From Ostreococcus lucimarinus (lineage: Eukaryota), in NCBI GenBank assembly GCA_000092065.1, contig CP000581.1: 64,000 bases of DNA. One strand, given 5' to 3'. Of this stretch, positions 18,405-27,800 are shown in pieces. Every line of letters starts with the position of its first letter. Position 1 is the stretch's first letter. Made by a program: the position numbers and the translations under genes. The notes beneath the pieces were generated by a model. It ran no database searches. It saw only the letters and a list, made by a program, of their open reading frames with translations, and was not told the origin of the DNA.

Positions 18405-18602
18405 CTTATAGAACGCCCGCGCGATGTACATCGCGTCATCGCCGTGCGCGCTGATGCAATCTTTACGATCGAAAAACCGCACCACGCGCGCCGTCTCGCT
18501 CGGAAGCCCGCGGTAAAACCGCACGAACTTGGCGCTCGCGGCGTCGTCGAGCGCGAGCGCGCCCGTCGCCGTCGCGGCGCGCGCGTCGGGTTCGTTCGAC
18601 AT
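18405..18602 (-). CDS. MSH2: MSH2 exon 1 (hidden inside junk antisense ORF 18306..19667)
   Basis: ATG at 18602 gives MSNEPDARAATATGALALDDAASAKFVRFYRGLPSETARVVRFFDRKDCISAHGDDAMYIARAFYK. It matches Arabidopsis MSH2 FLSFYKTLPNDTRAVRFFDRKDYYTAHGENSVFIAKTYYH. Joined model is 66+871 = 937 aa, the same length as plant MSH2. Confidence 0.65.
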
Positions 18603-18946
18603 CCGAGGGCGGCGAGGAGTGACTGCCGGCACTCGGCGACGCGCGTCGTCGATCGATGCCGCGCGCGCTCGACGCCCCGCTGCTTCGCGAGAACGGCGAC
18701 GACGACGACGACGCGCGCTGCGCGTCGTGAGTCGCGCCGCGCGACGTCGCGCGCGCGAACGACGACGGATCGAGCGACTCGGAATCCGCGCGGTCGGACG
18801 AGGAATACGTTTCGAGACGCGCGCGCGCGGCGACGGGGGCGCGGAGAGTGCGTAAGGTCGCGAACGCGATGTCATCGCAGCGCGTGCTGACGGCGATGGC
18901 GGTGTTGGCGTCGGCGCCGTCGCTCGTGGGGGCGTGATGTTGGCCT

Positions 18947-19399
18947 TTGCTCGTCGGCTCGTTTTTCGGCGCCGCGGCGACGAGCGCAAGCGCCAAACAC
19001 GAATCGCACGCGATTTCCCTGGGGATGAACGCGATGGTGACGACGCTCGCCACGGTGGCGAGCGCGAGGAAAGCGCGCGGGCGTCGGGGGAACGCGTGGC
19101 GCGTGTACGGACCGACGGCGACGACGGCGGCGAGCGTCGCGCTTCTGTGCGCCGACCCGATGCGACACGTGCTTCAGGATCACGAATTGTGGACGACGAA
19201 CAGCGCGATGTATCGTCCAGGGTGCGAGCACGGCGATATTCGATGTTTGAGCGTCGTGGGGTGGGTGTTCTTGACGTGCACGTACCTCGGATTTGCGTGC
19301 TTAATAGTCGGCGCGCTTTGGAACGCCGACGCGCTCGGCAAACTCGGGCGCGAGTTCCGTCGCAGGTTGGAGGGCGATGATGCAGATTTCGAGGCGTAG
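18947..19399 (+). CDS. Hypothetical small membrane protein (weak)
   Basis: 150-aa ORF with GC3-rich codon usage and two hydrophobic segments. No recognisable family. Could be non-coding. Confidence 0.2.
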   Translation: MLVGSFFGAAATSASAKHESHAISLGMNAMVTTLATVASARKARGRRGNAWRVYGPTATTAASVALLCADPMRHVLQDHELWTTNSAMYRPGCEHGDIRCLSVVGWVFLTCTYLGFACLIVGALWNADALGKLGREFRRRLEGDDADFEA

Positions 19400-19596
19400 A
19401 CGCGAGAAATCGATGAGCGACCGGAAGGCGACGATGACGTGACGCGAGCGCGCGAATGTTGGTTCTGGACCAGCGGCGCGATCGTCGATGAAAAGTCGTC
19501 GTCTCACCGTCGTAGATATGTATGTTGTAACTTCTACCGCCTACTTTATGTGTACAAAAATGTATCTCGTGTGTCACCGGTGTAATCGAACTCATC

Positions 19597-20817
19597 CTAC
19601 TGCCGTTGTCGTTTTTCCGGAGGCGTGGCTTCGACGAATTCGTCGTGCGCCCAGTCGTCGTTGTCATTCAAAACCGTCGTAGCCGCGTCGTTGGGTGCCT
19701 CTCGCCCCCACGGTCGACTCGGCGCGTCGACACCGCCGCCGACTTCTCGCTGCGACGCGTTCTCGCTATCAGGCACCGCGCTCCAAGGCTGACTTCCTAA
19801 CGGCGCGTTTTGAAGCGGCGCCGGCGCCTCGACGCGCGGCTGCTCGCATTGGCTCGGTTCCACCGCTGACGCGTCCTCGGGAGGAAGCATGGACGCCAAC
19901 ACGAGTTCAGCTTCGAAATCGACGCTCGCGGGCGCGGTGGTGTGCTGCGGCTGGTTCCCGAACGCGTCGCGTTGATGAAACATTTTGAAATCCGCCGTCG
20001 GCTTCACCACCACCGGCGCGCCCGCCTGCGCGCAATAAATCGCCACATCCACGTCCGAACTCTCGCACAGTTGAACGATGCTGCGCAAATCCTTCAAATT
20101 CACCGTCACCTCCACCGGCGCCGCCGCGGTGTTTCTATAAAACAAAATCGATTCGTCGTCGCGTCTCAACGAAATGCTCGTCTGCAACGCCTGACTCAAC
20201 CCCCCTCCCGGACTCAAATAACTCGACAGCGTCACGATCTTCGCCGCTCCCGCCGCGTCCCCGTCCACGCACACGTCCGATTCGATCCCGCACGTCAGCG
20301 TCACGTCCTCTCTCGCCGCGCTCGAAAAGTGCGCCAACAGCGTCAGCAGCGTCTTCGCCCTGCTCACCACCTTCGCCGGCATCGCCTCCGCGTCGATCTC
20401 CGCGTCGACGTGTTCCGCGTCCATCACCTCGTGCATCTCATACGTCTTCTTCGTGCCGCTCTTCGCGCTCGTCGTCGTCACTCGCAGTCGTCGCGCCTCT
20501 CGTCCCTCGTCGTCTTCGTCGTCCAGCGTCACGACGACGACGTCCGCGCGCGCGTGCGACCGCAGCGACGCCATCACGTGCTTCGCCAGCGCGCACGTCT
20601 GCGCGCGTCCTCCGCGCGCGGTTATCTCTCGCGCGTCGAACGCGCTCGCCCGCACGGCGACGCGCGCGAACGCCGAGCGCGCGGCGTTGACGGATTTCAG
20701 CGTCAGCGTCTCGTCGCGCGCGCTCGCGTCGATCAGCACCTCGGGACCGACGCGCGACAGGAACGCGATCGAGCGATGGAGCGCTCGCAGGGAGCCGCCG
20801 GAGACGGCGAGCTCCAT
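19597..20817 (-). CDS. RAD9: Cell-cycle checkpoint protein RAD9 (9-1-1 clamp subunit)
   Basis: N-terminus MELAVSGGSLRALHRSIAFLSRVGPEVLIDASARDETLTLKSVNAARSAFA aligns with human RAD9A [49 protein letters not shown]. PCNA-like fold length with a disordered acidic C-terminal tail. Confidence 0.75.
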   Translation of the reverse strand: MELAVSGGSLRALHRSIAFLSRVGPEVLIDASARDETLTLKSVNAARSAFARVAVRASAFDAREITARGGRAQTCALAKHVMASLRSHARADVVVVTLDDEDDEGREARRLRVTTTSAKSGTKKTYEMHEVMDAEHVDAEIDAEAMPAKVVSRAKTLLTLLAHFSSAAREDVTLTCGIESDVCVDGDAAGAAKIVTLSSYLSPGGGLSQALQTSISLRRDDESILFYRNTAAAPVEVTVNLKDLRSIVQLCESSDVDVAIYCAQAGAPVVVKPTADFKMFHQRDAFGNQPQHTTAPASVDFEAELVLASMLPPEDASAVEPSQCEQPRVEAPAPLQNAPLGSQPWSAVPDSENASQREVGGGVDAPSRPWGREAPNDAATTVLNDNDDWAHDEFVEATPPEKRQRQ

Positions 20818-21008
20818 CGCGGCGGCGCGGTGTGGCGCGCGGTCGGCGAGCGCGAACGACGCGAGCTGTCAAAGGACGATTTGAATTCGCGCGACAGATC
20901 GCGACGCGCGTCGTTTCCAAGGACGCGCGACGGCGCGAGAGAAGCGATCGCGCGGCGAAAGGACGCGCGATGGCGCGCGGGACGCGCGCGACGGCGACGC
21001 GAGGGACG

Positions 21009-22490
21009 ATGGTCGACGAGACGCGCGCGAAACTGCGCGGTGTCAAAGACGCGTCGATGAAACGCGCGAAACCGGCGATCGAACGCGCGAGGACGACGAC
21101 GAAGCGCGCGGTTGAGATGGTTAAAACCTTGGACGTCGGCGCGCGCGCGCGACGGGCGCTGGGCGCGGACGCGCGGGTCGCGATTGGATATTGCGTCGTC
21201 GGGATGTTGGCGGCGGCGGCGACGGCGCGAGGCGTCGTCGGAGGGTCGGCGAAGATGAACGCGCTCGCCGCCGCGTTGGCGAGGTGCGTCGTCGAGACAA
21301 AAATTGGCGCGCATCGAGGTCTGGCGTTCGTCGATCGGTACTTTGTGGTTTTGGTGAAGCATTTGAGCGAGCGCGCCGGGGCGTTGCGAACGACGTCGCC
21401 GAGCGAAGCCAAGGCGAAGGCGATGCTGGATGTCATCATCGCTTTCGCGTCCTCGGGGGCGGCTGCGATGCACGTGAAGATGATTTTGATCACCATTGCG
21501 TTTTCTGCCATCGCGCGCGTGGTTTTTTACAGGTCAACGCGTCGACGCGAGGTCAAGGTGGTGCTCGTCACGGGCGGGAGCGGCGGACTCGGTTCGCTGC
21601 TACTGGAGGGCATTCGCACCGAGTTCCCGAACGCCATCGTGTACGGAACCTCGCGCGCTGGTGCGAGTAGCAAGAAACTCGGTCGCCAATCGAGCGGATT
21701 CTTTGGTATCGGGACGCCATCAAAGGAAGAGATCGCGAAGAAGAACGACCCGTCAGTGCCGCTCGGCGCCGAACTCGACAACGAGGAAAACGTCGTCTCG
21801 CACCCGCTGTTAACGATGGATCTCACCAAAGAAGATTCTATTGCCCAATGCATTGCGTCCATCGTCGAGAGACACGGAAAAATTGACGTCTTGATCAACA
21901 ACGCGGGCGTGTGCCTTTGCTCGTGGGCGAAACAAACGCCGCGCGACGACGCCGAGATGATTATGCAAACCAATTTCCTCGGCGCCGTGAGCGTTATTCG
22001 TCACGCGATGCCACATCTGAGCCAAGGCGCGAACATCATTAACGTCGGCTCCATCGCCGGTCGAATCGGTATTCCGTTTCAGTCCATGTATAGCGCTTCC
22101 AAAGCGGCGCTGATGGTGTACACGGACGCGCTTCGCATGGAAACAAAGGGCTCGGGCGTGCGCGTCAGCTTGATCGAGCCCGGCGATTTAAGATTACAAA
22201 AAGGCGCAGCGAGCGTGGTCAAATCGAGCGGGTTCGAGTCCGATCCCGTCGCTGATCGTGCGGAAAAAATCATGCGCGCCGAAGAGGCGGCAGGAACGAA
22301 CCCCATCAAGGTTGTCAAAGCCGTCGTTAGCGCGATTAAATCATCCGCGCCCAAGAACCGATATTACATCGGTCCTGACGCGTGGCTTGTCGAGGCGTTG
22401 AGTCGGGCGTGCTCATACTCGGCAAGGGAGTACTTTCTCGCGTCGCACTACAGAGTGCCGCCGCGGGATAGAGCTTGGATTCGCGTCTGA
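21009..22490 (+). CDS. Short-chain dehydrogenase/reductase (SDR) with hydrophobic N-terminal extension
   Basis: SDR core from about 21540: VVLVTGGSGGLGS (TGxxxGxG), LINNAGV, catalytic YSASKAAL (YxxxK). Upstream in-frame ATGs at 20970, 21009, 21057, 21117 and 21423. The region has coding-like GC3 and a hydrophobic stretch, so the exact start is uncertain. Confidence 0.65.
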   Translation: MVDETRAKLRGVKDASMKRAKPAIERARTTTKRAVEMVKTLDVGARARRALGADARVAIGYCVVGMLAAAATARGVVGGSAKMNALAAALARCVVETKIGAHRGLAFVDRYFVVLVKHLSERAGALRTTSPSEAKAKAMLDVIIAFASSGAAAMHVKMILITIAFSAIARVVFYRSTRRREVKVVLVTGGSGGLGSLLLEGIRTEFPNAIVYGTSRAGASSKKLGRQSSGFFGIGTPSKEEIAKKNDPSVPLGAELDNEENVVSHPLLTMDLTKEDSIAQCIASIVERHGKIDVLINNAGVCLCSWAKQTPRDDAEMIMQTNFLGAVSVIRHAMPHLSQGANIINVGSIAGRIGIPFQSMYSASKAALMVYTDALRMETKGSGVRVSLIEPGDLRLQKGAASVVKSSGFESDPVADRAEKIMRAEEAAGTNPIKVVKAVVSAIKSSAPKNRYYIGPDAWLVEALSRACSYSAREYFLASHYRVPPRDRAWIRV

Positions 22491-22538
22491 CGCGGGGATA
22501 GAAGCAATCAATATTAAATCTCAAATACGTCATTCCAG

Positions 22539-24200
22539 TCACTGTGAGAATGATTCGCGCTCCGCTAAAAATTTAGGCACTTTCTTAGCCTTCTGCCGTC
22601 GCACCATGCCCGGTTTGACTGTCTTGCGGATCTTGTTCATAGCGAGCTTGCTGAGCTCGGCTTCAGAAAGCTGAGGCTGCAAGCCCACGTCGCCGGCTTG
22701 GCCGCCGAGTTGCCCGCTCATTTTTTGCATTTGGGTACGCATACCTCCAAACATCATGATGAGTTGTGCTAAGTCCGCTTCGGTGCGGCCGCTACCTTTG
22801 ACTATGCGTTGACGGCGGGAATCCGCAGTCGTGCTGGCGACGAGCATGTCTGGGTACTGTCGTTCCTCCTTGGTCATCGAGTTGATCAAGCTCTTCGCGA
22901 TGGTCATGCTCTTCCCCGCCGCTTCCATGTCGGCCTCGCTCAGCTTGGCGGTGCCCGGCATCATTTGCATGATTTGCTTCATCCCACCCATGTTGTTCAT
23001 CATCTCAAGCTGGCCAACAAAGTCGTTGAAATCAAACGTCGCGCTCATAATCTTCTGCTTGATTTTCTCCGCCTCTTCCTCCTTCACGCCCGCCTGCACT
23101 TTTTCGACGAGACTGACGATGTCACCCATGCCCAAGATGCGGCTAGTCATGCGCTCAGGGTAAAACGGCTCGAGGGCGTCCATCTTTTCGCCCACGCCCG
23201 TGAATTTGATCGGCTTACCCGAGACTTCTCGTACGCTCAACGCAGCGCCGCCTCGTGTGTCGCCATCCATCTTAGTGAGAATGGCTCCGGTGATTTCAAC
23301 CGCTTCGTTGAACGACGCCGTGAGCGTCGCCGCTTCTTGACCAGTCATCGCATCGACGACGAGCAAGGTTTCATCCGCCGAAGTCGCCTCTTTCGTCGCC
23401 TTGAGCTCACCCATGAGCTTTTCGTCGATGTTCAATCGACCCGCCGTGTCCACAATGACGACGTCTATGTCCTCATCCTTCGCCTTGCGCACGCCTCTCG
23501 CGGCGATCTCCGGCGGGTTGCCATCGACACCCATATCGAAAACGGGCACGCCGATTTGCTTCCCGAGCGTTTTCAACTGATCGATCGCCGCCGGTCGATA
23601 CACGTCCGTCGCGACGAGCAACACGCTCTTCCCTTGCTTGCGCAACGCCAACGACAACTTCCCACACGCCGTCGTCTTCCCGACCCCTTGCAAACCAGCC
23701 ATCAAAACCACCGTAGGCTCTCCATCGTCCCTGAACTTGATCCCTTCCGCTCCGACGCCACCCATGAGCTCGCAAAGCTCATCCGCCACGCACTTGACCA
23801 ACATTTGCCCCGGTTCCACGCCCTTCGTCACCTTCATTCCCACCGCCTTCTCCTCGCACCGCGCGATGAACCGCCGCACCACGGGCAGCGACACATCAGC
23901 CTCTAAAAGCGCGCGTCGCACATCCTTAAGCGGCGCCTTGACGTTATCCGCGTTCAAATCCTTCTCGCCCTGCAAGCGCGCCCACGCCTTATCCAGCTTG
24001 TCCGACATTCCCGCGAACGCATCCGCGCGCGTCATCACCGCGCGACGCCCCCCGCGCGCGCGCACCGCGCCTCGGTCGTTCCGCATCGCCCGCGCGCCTC
24101 CTCGCGCCGCGAACGTCGACGCCCGCGCGCGCATCGTCGCCGTCGTCACCTCGCGTCTCGTCCCCATCGCGCGCGCCGCGCTCGCCGCCGCCGTCGCCAT
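22539..24200 (-). CDS. SRP54: Chloroplast signal recognition particle 54 kDa subunit (cpSRP54/Ffh GTPase)
   Basis: Start moved to the ATG at 24200 (MATAAASAARAMGTRR..., transit-peptide-like). N domain and G domain present (VVLMAGLQGVGKTTACGKLSL, DTAGRL). The M domain is methionine-rich (MQMMPG, MMFGGM). The basic C-terminal tail VRRQKAKK resembles the cpSRP43-binding ARRKR motif of green-lineage cpSRP54. Confidence 0.85.
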   Translation of the reverse strand: MATAAASAARAMGTRREVTTATMRARASTFAARGGARAMRNDRGAVRARGGRRAVMTRADAFAGMSDKLDKAWARLQGEKDLNADNVKAPLKDVRRALLEADVSLPVVRRFIARCEEKAVGMKVTKGVEPGQMLVKCVADELCELMGGVGAEGIKFRDDGEPTVVLMAGLQGVGKTTACGKLSLALRKQGKSVLLVATDVYRPAAIDQLKTLGKQIGVPVFDMGVDGNPPEIAARGVRKAKDEDIDVVIVDTAGRLNIDEKLMGELKATKEATSADETLLVVDAMTGQEAATLTASFNEAVEITGAILTKMDGDTRGGAALSVREVSGKPIKFTGVGEKMDALEPFYPERMTSRILGMGDIVSLVEKVQAGVKEEEAEKIKQKIMSATFDFNDFVGQLEMMNNMGGMKQIMQMMPGTAKLSEADMEAAGKSMTIAKSLINSMTKEERQYPDMLVASTTADSRRQRIVKGSGRTEADLAQLIMMFGGMRTQMQKMSGQLGGQAGDVGLQPQLSEAELSKLAMNKIRKTVKPGMVRRQKAKKVPKFLAERESFSQ

Positions 24201-24390
24201 CGTCGCGCGCGCGGCCCCGCGACGCGCGCGCGCGTCGGCGAACCTCGCGCTCGCGCGTCGCGCGCCCTCGCCGCGCGCGCGCCGCCGTCGACGCGACGCG
24301 ACGCGACGCGAACTCGCGCGCGCGACGCCGAGGTTTTCGCGCCACCTCGACCGGGTCGCGAACCCGGGTCGCGCGCGCGCGGCGACCCTC

Positions 24391-24450
24391 GCGCGATCGA
24401 TCGACCGCGCGCGGTCGATCGACGGCGCGATCGATCGATCGCGCGACCGC
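24391..24450. promoter_or_regulatory. Cluster of GATCGATC-type palindromes in the cpSRP54 / large-protein divergent promoter
   Basis: gcgcgatcgatcgaccgcgcgcggtcgatcgacggcgcgatcgatcgatcgcgcg seen directly. See the finding on the recurrent motif. Confidence 0.4.
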
Positions 24451-24854
24451 GCGCGCGGCGGCACACGCGCGCGCGATGCCGACCGACGGCGATGGCGGCG
24501 CGCGCGACGGCGACGACGACGTCGTCGAGCGCGTGGAGTCGCTCGCGCGCGCGGGCGCGGACGCGGACGCGCTGGCGAGCGGTGCGCGGCGCTCGATTCG
24601 ACGCGCGCGCGGCGCGCATTCGCGACGACGAGACGCGACCGACGCGACGACTGACGACGACGACGACGACGCGACGCGCGCAGCGACGACGTGGTTGCGA
24701 AGAGAGATGATGCGCTCGCCCGAGCGCGCGGATTTCGTGGTCAAGGTGCGCGACGCGACGCGACGAGACGCGCGAAGGCGCGCGTGTCGGTTCGTTCGGA
24801 ACCGACCGGCGGCTGCCGCGAACGCGAACGCGGACTGACGCGAAGAACGCGAGC

Positions 24855-27800
24855 GTGAACGATCCGCAGACGTATCTCGCGCGTTCGCCGGATTTTGCGG
24901 ACGTGCTGACGATATGGGACTCGTATCACGCGAATCACGCGCAAAAGGTGTGCGCGCCTCTGCTCGCGATGTGCGGAACGATGATGACGCGAGGAAGGGA
25001 CGACGCGGGCGAGGGGACGTCGACGAGGGAGCGGTTAGCGTTGGATTCCCTCGCGCGGGCGATCATGACGAGGAGGATGCGGCACGTGTACGGGCATTTA
25101 GGAAGTGGGGTTCGAGTGCGAGTGAATGCGGCTTTGATTTTACTCGCGGCGATCGTCGGGAGAGGGAAGCGGAACGCCGCGGAGTTGTTTCGTACGTTTG
25201 ATTTTTCGCTCGCGGCGTTGCCTAAGATTGCGTCGCCGCCGCGAGAGGTGCGAGATGGTGGTGTTTCGTCGAAACGTAAGAAGGAGCCGAGTGATGTTCT
25301 CGCGGGATCGACGCGAAGGGCGTTTTGTGAGTTCGTACTTGCGTTTTTCTCCACAAAGGATCGCGCGTTGCTGCGTCCGGTGCTAGCGCAGCGCGTGTTG
25401 TTTGGAAACGTGGCGCGCTTCGCGGCTGGTGATGAGGCAGAAATGCAGTTCAGAATGTTAGAAGTCATGAAAGAGGACGTGATGGCGAGTGATAGTGGTA
25501 TACCCGCGCGGCTTCGCGCGGCTTTGTTTGGAGACGTCACCCTTGAACAGCTCGCCACCATCGCGGGGCAGAGCGAAGACGAGGAATCGACGTCAGGACG
25601 AGTTGCGGCGATGGCGACGAGAGTGCTTTCGGAGCTTTTCACGGATCCGGCACACGGGTTAGTGCCCGACGGATCGACGACATCGTCGAAAAAGTGCGCC
25701 TCAGTTGTTCGACTCCTACAAAAGCTTCGACCGATTGAATGCGACGCGCACTTGAAGATTCTTCTCCTCGCGTGCGAGACGCATCCATTGCTCGCGACGA
25801 TGTATTTGCCGGGAGCGAAGTACACTTTAGAGCCACGCCTGTCCGCGCATTGGCTCAACAGCGCGAGTCTACTTGGAAGAATAGCCGTCGCCGCAGGTAA
25901 AGATGCAGCATCTTCGGCGGCGGCGGCTCGACTCGAAGCCTCAAGCGTCGTCGGTGAGAGCGAAGGCTCGGCGTTTATCAAAGCCGTTCTACCACCAGGT
26001 GTGAGTAAACAGACCTTGTCAAAAGGTTTAGCGCACAGCTCGCCGATCATTAGGCACGGCTCGCTGTGTTTATTAGTTCAAGTGACGCGAGCAGTCGCCG
26101 CGCGGCTGACGCACTTGGACGCCGCCATCGTAGACGCTCGAAACAGTGGAAGCGATCAGATATGGCGAGTAGAAGAGTTAGCGTCGTACGCACGATTAGC
26201 CGCGACGACATACTTACCGGAAATTCAGTCCATAATGACTGCGTACACGGCGAGCAAGGGGTTGAGTACGTCCGAAAAGGAAGCCACGGCGGCGTTGCTC
26301 GCGCGATGCCACGCCCTCAACGCAATGGCGACGCAGATAAGCGTCATTCCCGAGACGCTCGTGGACGCGAAGGTCGATGTGAACAAATTACTGCCTACAA
26401 ATGATCCCACAAGCTTGGCACCGGCAGAGCTTGCGGCTGTCGTGCGCGTGCTTTGCTCCGCTAGGGGCTTGAAGGAGGCGGCGGGCGATGACGTGTCGAC
26501 GACGACGACGTTGATCCAGGAATCAGGCGTCAATCAGGGACACCTGCTATCTGTTTTGCGCGTCGTGATTTTTGCCACATCGCCTGATGCTCGTGCGTCA
26601 GCAAGACGTCTTGCGAAGCATTACTTGGTGACTTCAGGAGCGTTGGACGGTCGCACTGCGGAAGCCGACGTGTGGATTGATAAACTAACGTCTTTCAAGG
26701 TCGATGGCTTTGAATACTCTCGCGATGTTTTGATGTCATGCACCGAGTTTTTGGCGGAAGCCACGACTGCGGCGGCGCGACGACGATTTAAGCACGACTC
26801 GGTGATACAAACCGCGTTAAAGGAAACGAAAGATAACCGCCCTGAGCGGTACGTCGTGGAAGATTTGTCCGACGATTACCTCAACGCCGCGACGCTTTCA
26901 GTGAGTGCGCTCGCCGTGACAGCGTGCGAGAGCATCGTCAAAGTGCTTAAAAGTGAAAAACGTGATAGCGCGTTTAAGCTTTCCGTCAGTGCGTACGCGG
27001 CATCCGCATTGATGAGCATCGTACAGACGAGCTTTGATCCTTGGGCGCTCGCGTCAATTGCACTTGAAGCCATCAGTGATGAAGTAGCTGGAGCGTACGT
27101 GGCAATGGGGTCGCTTCGCGAGTTTTTGTGCAACTGTACGAGCGAGACAGTCGAGCAACAATTGGTCCCTCGCTCCGGTTCCGTTCCACGAGGAAAACGC
27201 CCGAATGAGTGGTCAATCAGCGAACTGTCTGAAGCGCTCGGACATTTGGCGTCGCTTTCTCCGGAGGATCGAGGACTGGTGCTTTTCTGCGCGCATGCCC
27301 ATATTCCAACGATTGGATTTATCAGCGCAGAATTAGCCTGTCTAACTCTCTACGGCACGGTGAATACGGTCGACGAAAACGTTGAACTGACGACGGCGCT
27401 CGTTAACAGCCTTGCGGCAGCCGACGTAATCGCGGCGTGCGCGTCTGGACCACGTCCCGTGTTGGGTATGAGTATGACTCACGCTTCGCCGGCGTACGAG
27501 CTTTGTTCGCGTGCGATCGCGATGTGCCCGTTGCGTGAGGTTGTCCGCACCTCTCGCGCGCTCGTCTTTTGGTGCAAATGGAACCACGCGCGCGGCGACG
27601 CCAAGACAACGTCGCGACTTATCGAGCTCTGTAAAGTCGTGCTCAGTCGTGCGCGACAAGAATGTCATGACCTACTACGCGAAGTTCAAGTCGTGTTGCT
27701 CGCAACGACAGCAATGTACGCCATTTTAGACGATTCAACAAGTTCCGCCGTGTCGGATCTCGTAATGTTTGGCGCTGCTCTCGCGTGTGATGGCAAAGGC

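Noticed and set aside
18306-19667. 453-aa minus-strand ORF (Arg/Ser/Pro-rich)
   Set aside because: Only its last ~66 codons (18405..18602) are real coding sequence (MSH2 exon 1). The rest is low-complexity translation of promoter and intergenic DNA and is partly antisense to a weak + strand ORF.
20438-21511. 357-aa and 246-aa minus-strand ORFs
   Set aside because: Antisense to the Rad9 5' region and the SDR N-terminus. Arg/Ala-rich, no domain.
22225-22245. tRNA T-loop-like GGGTTCGAGTCC string
   Set aside because: It lies inside the SDR coding region (SSGFESDPV). No matching acceptor/D/anticodon stems around it. I found no convincing tRNA or rRNA gene in the window.
22809-24744. 365-aa + strand ORF, 338-aa + ORF, 251-aa - ORF
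   Set aside because: Antisense or out-of-frame relative to cpSRP54, or lying in the GC-rich spacer. Low complexity.
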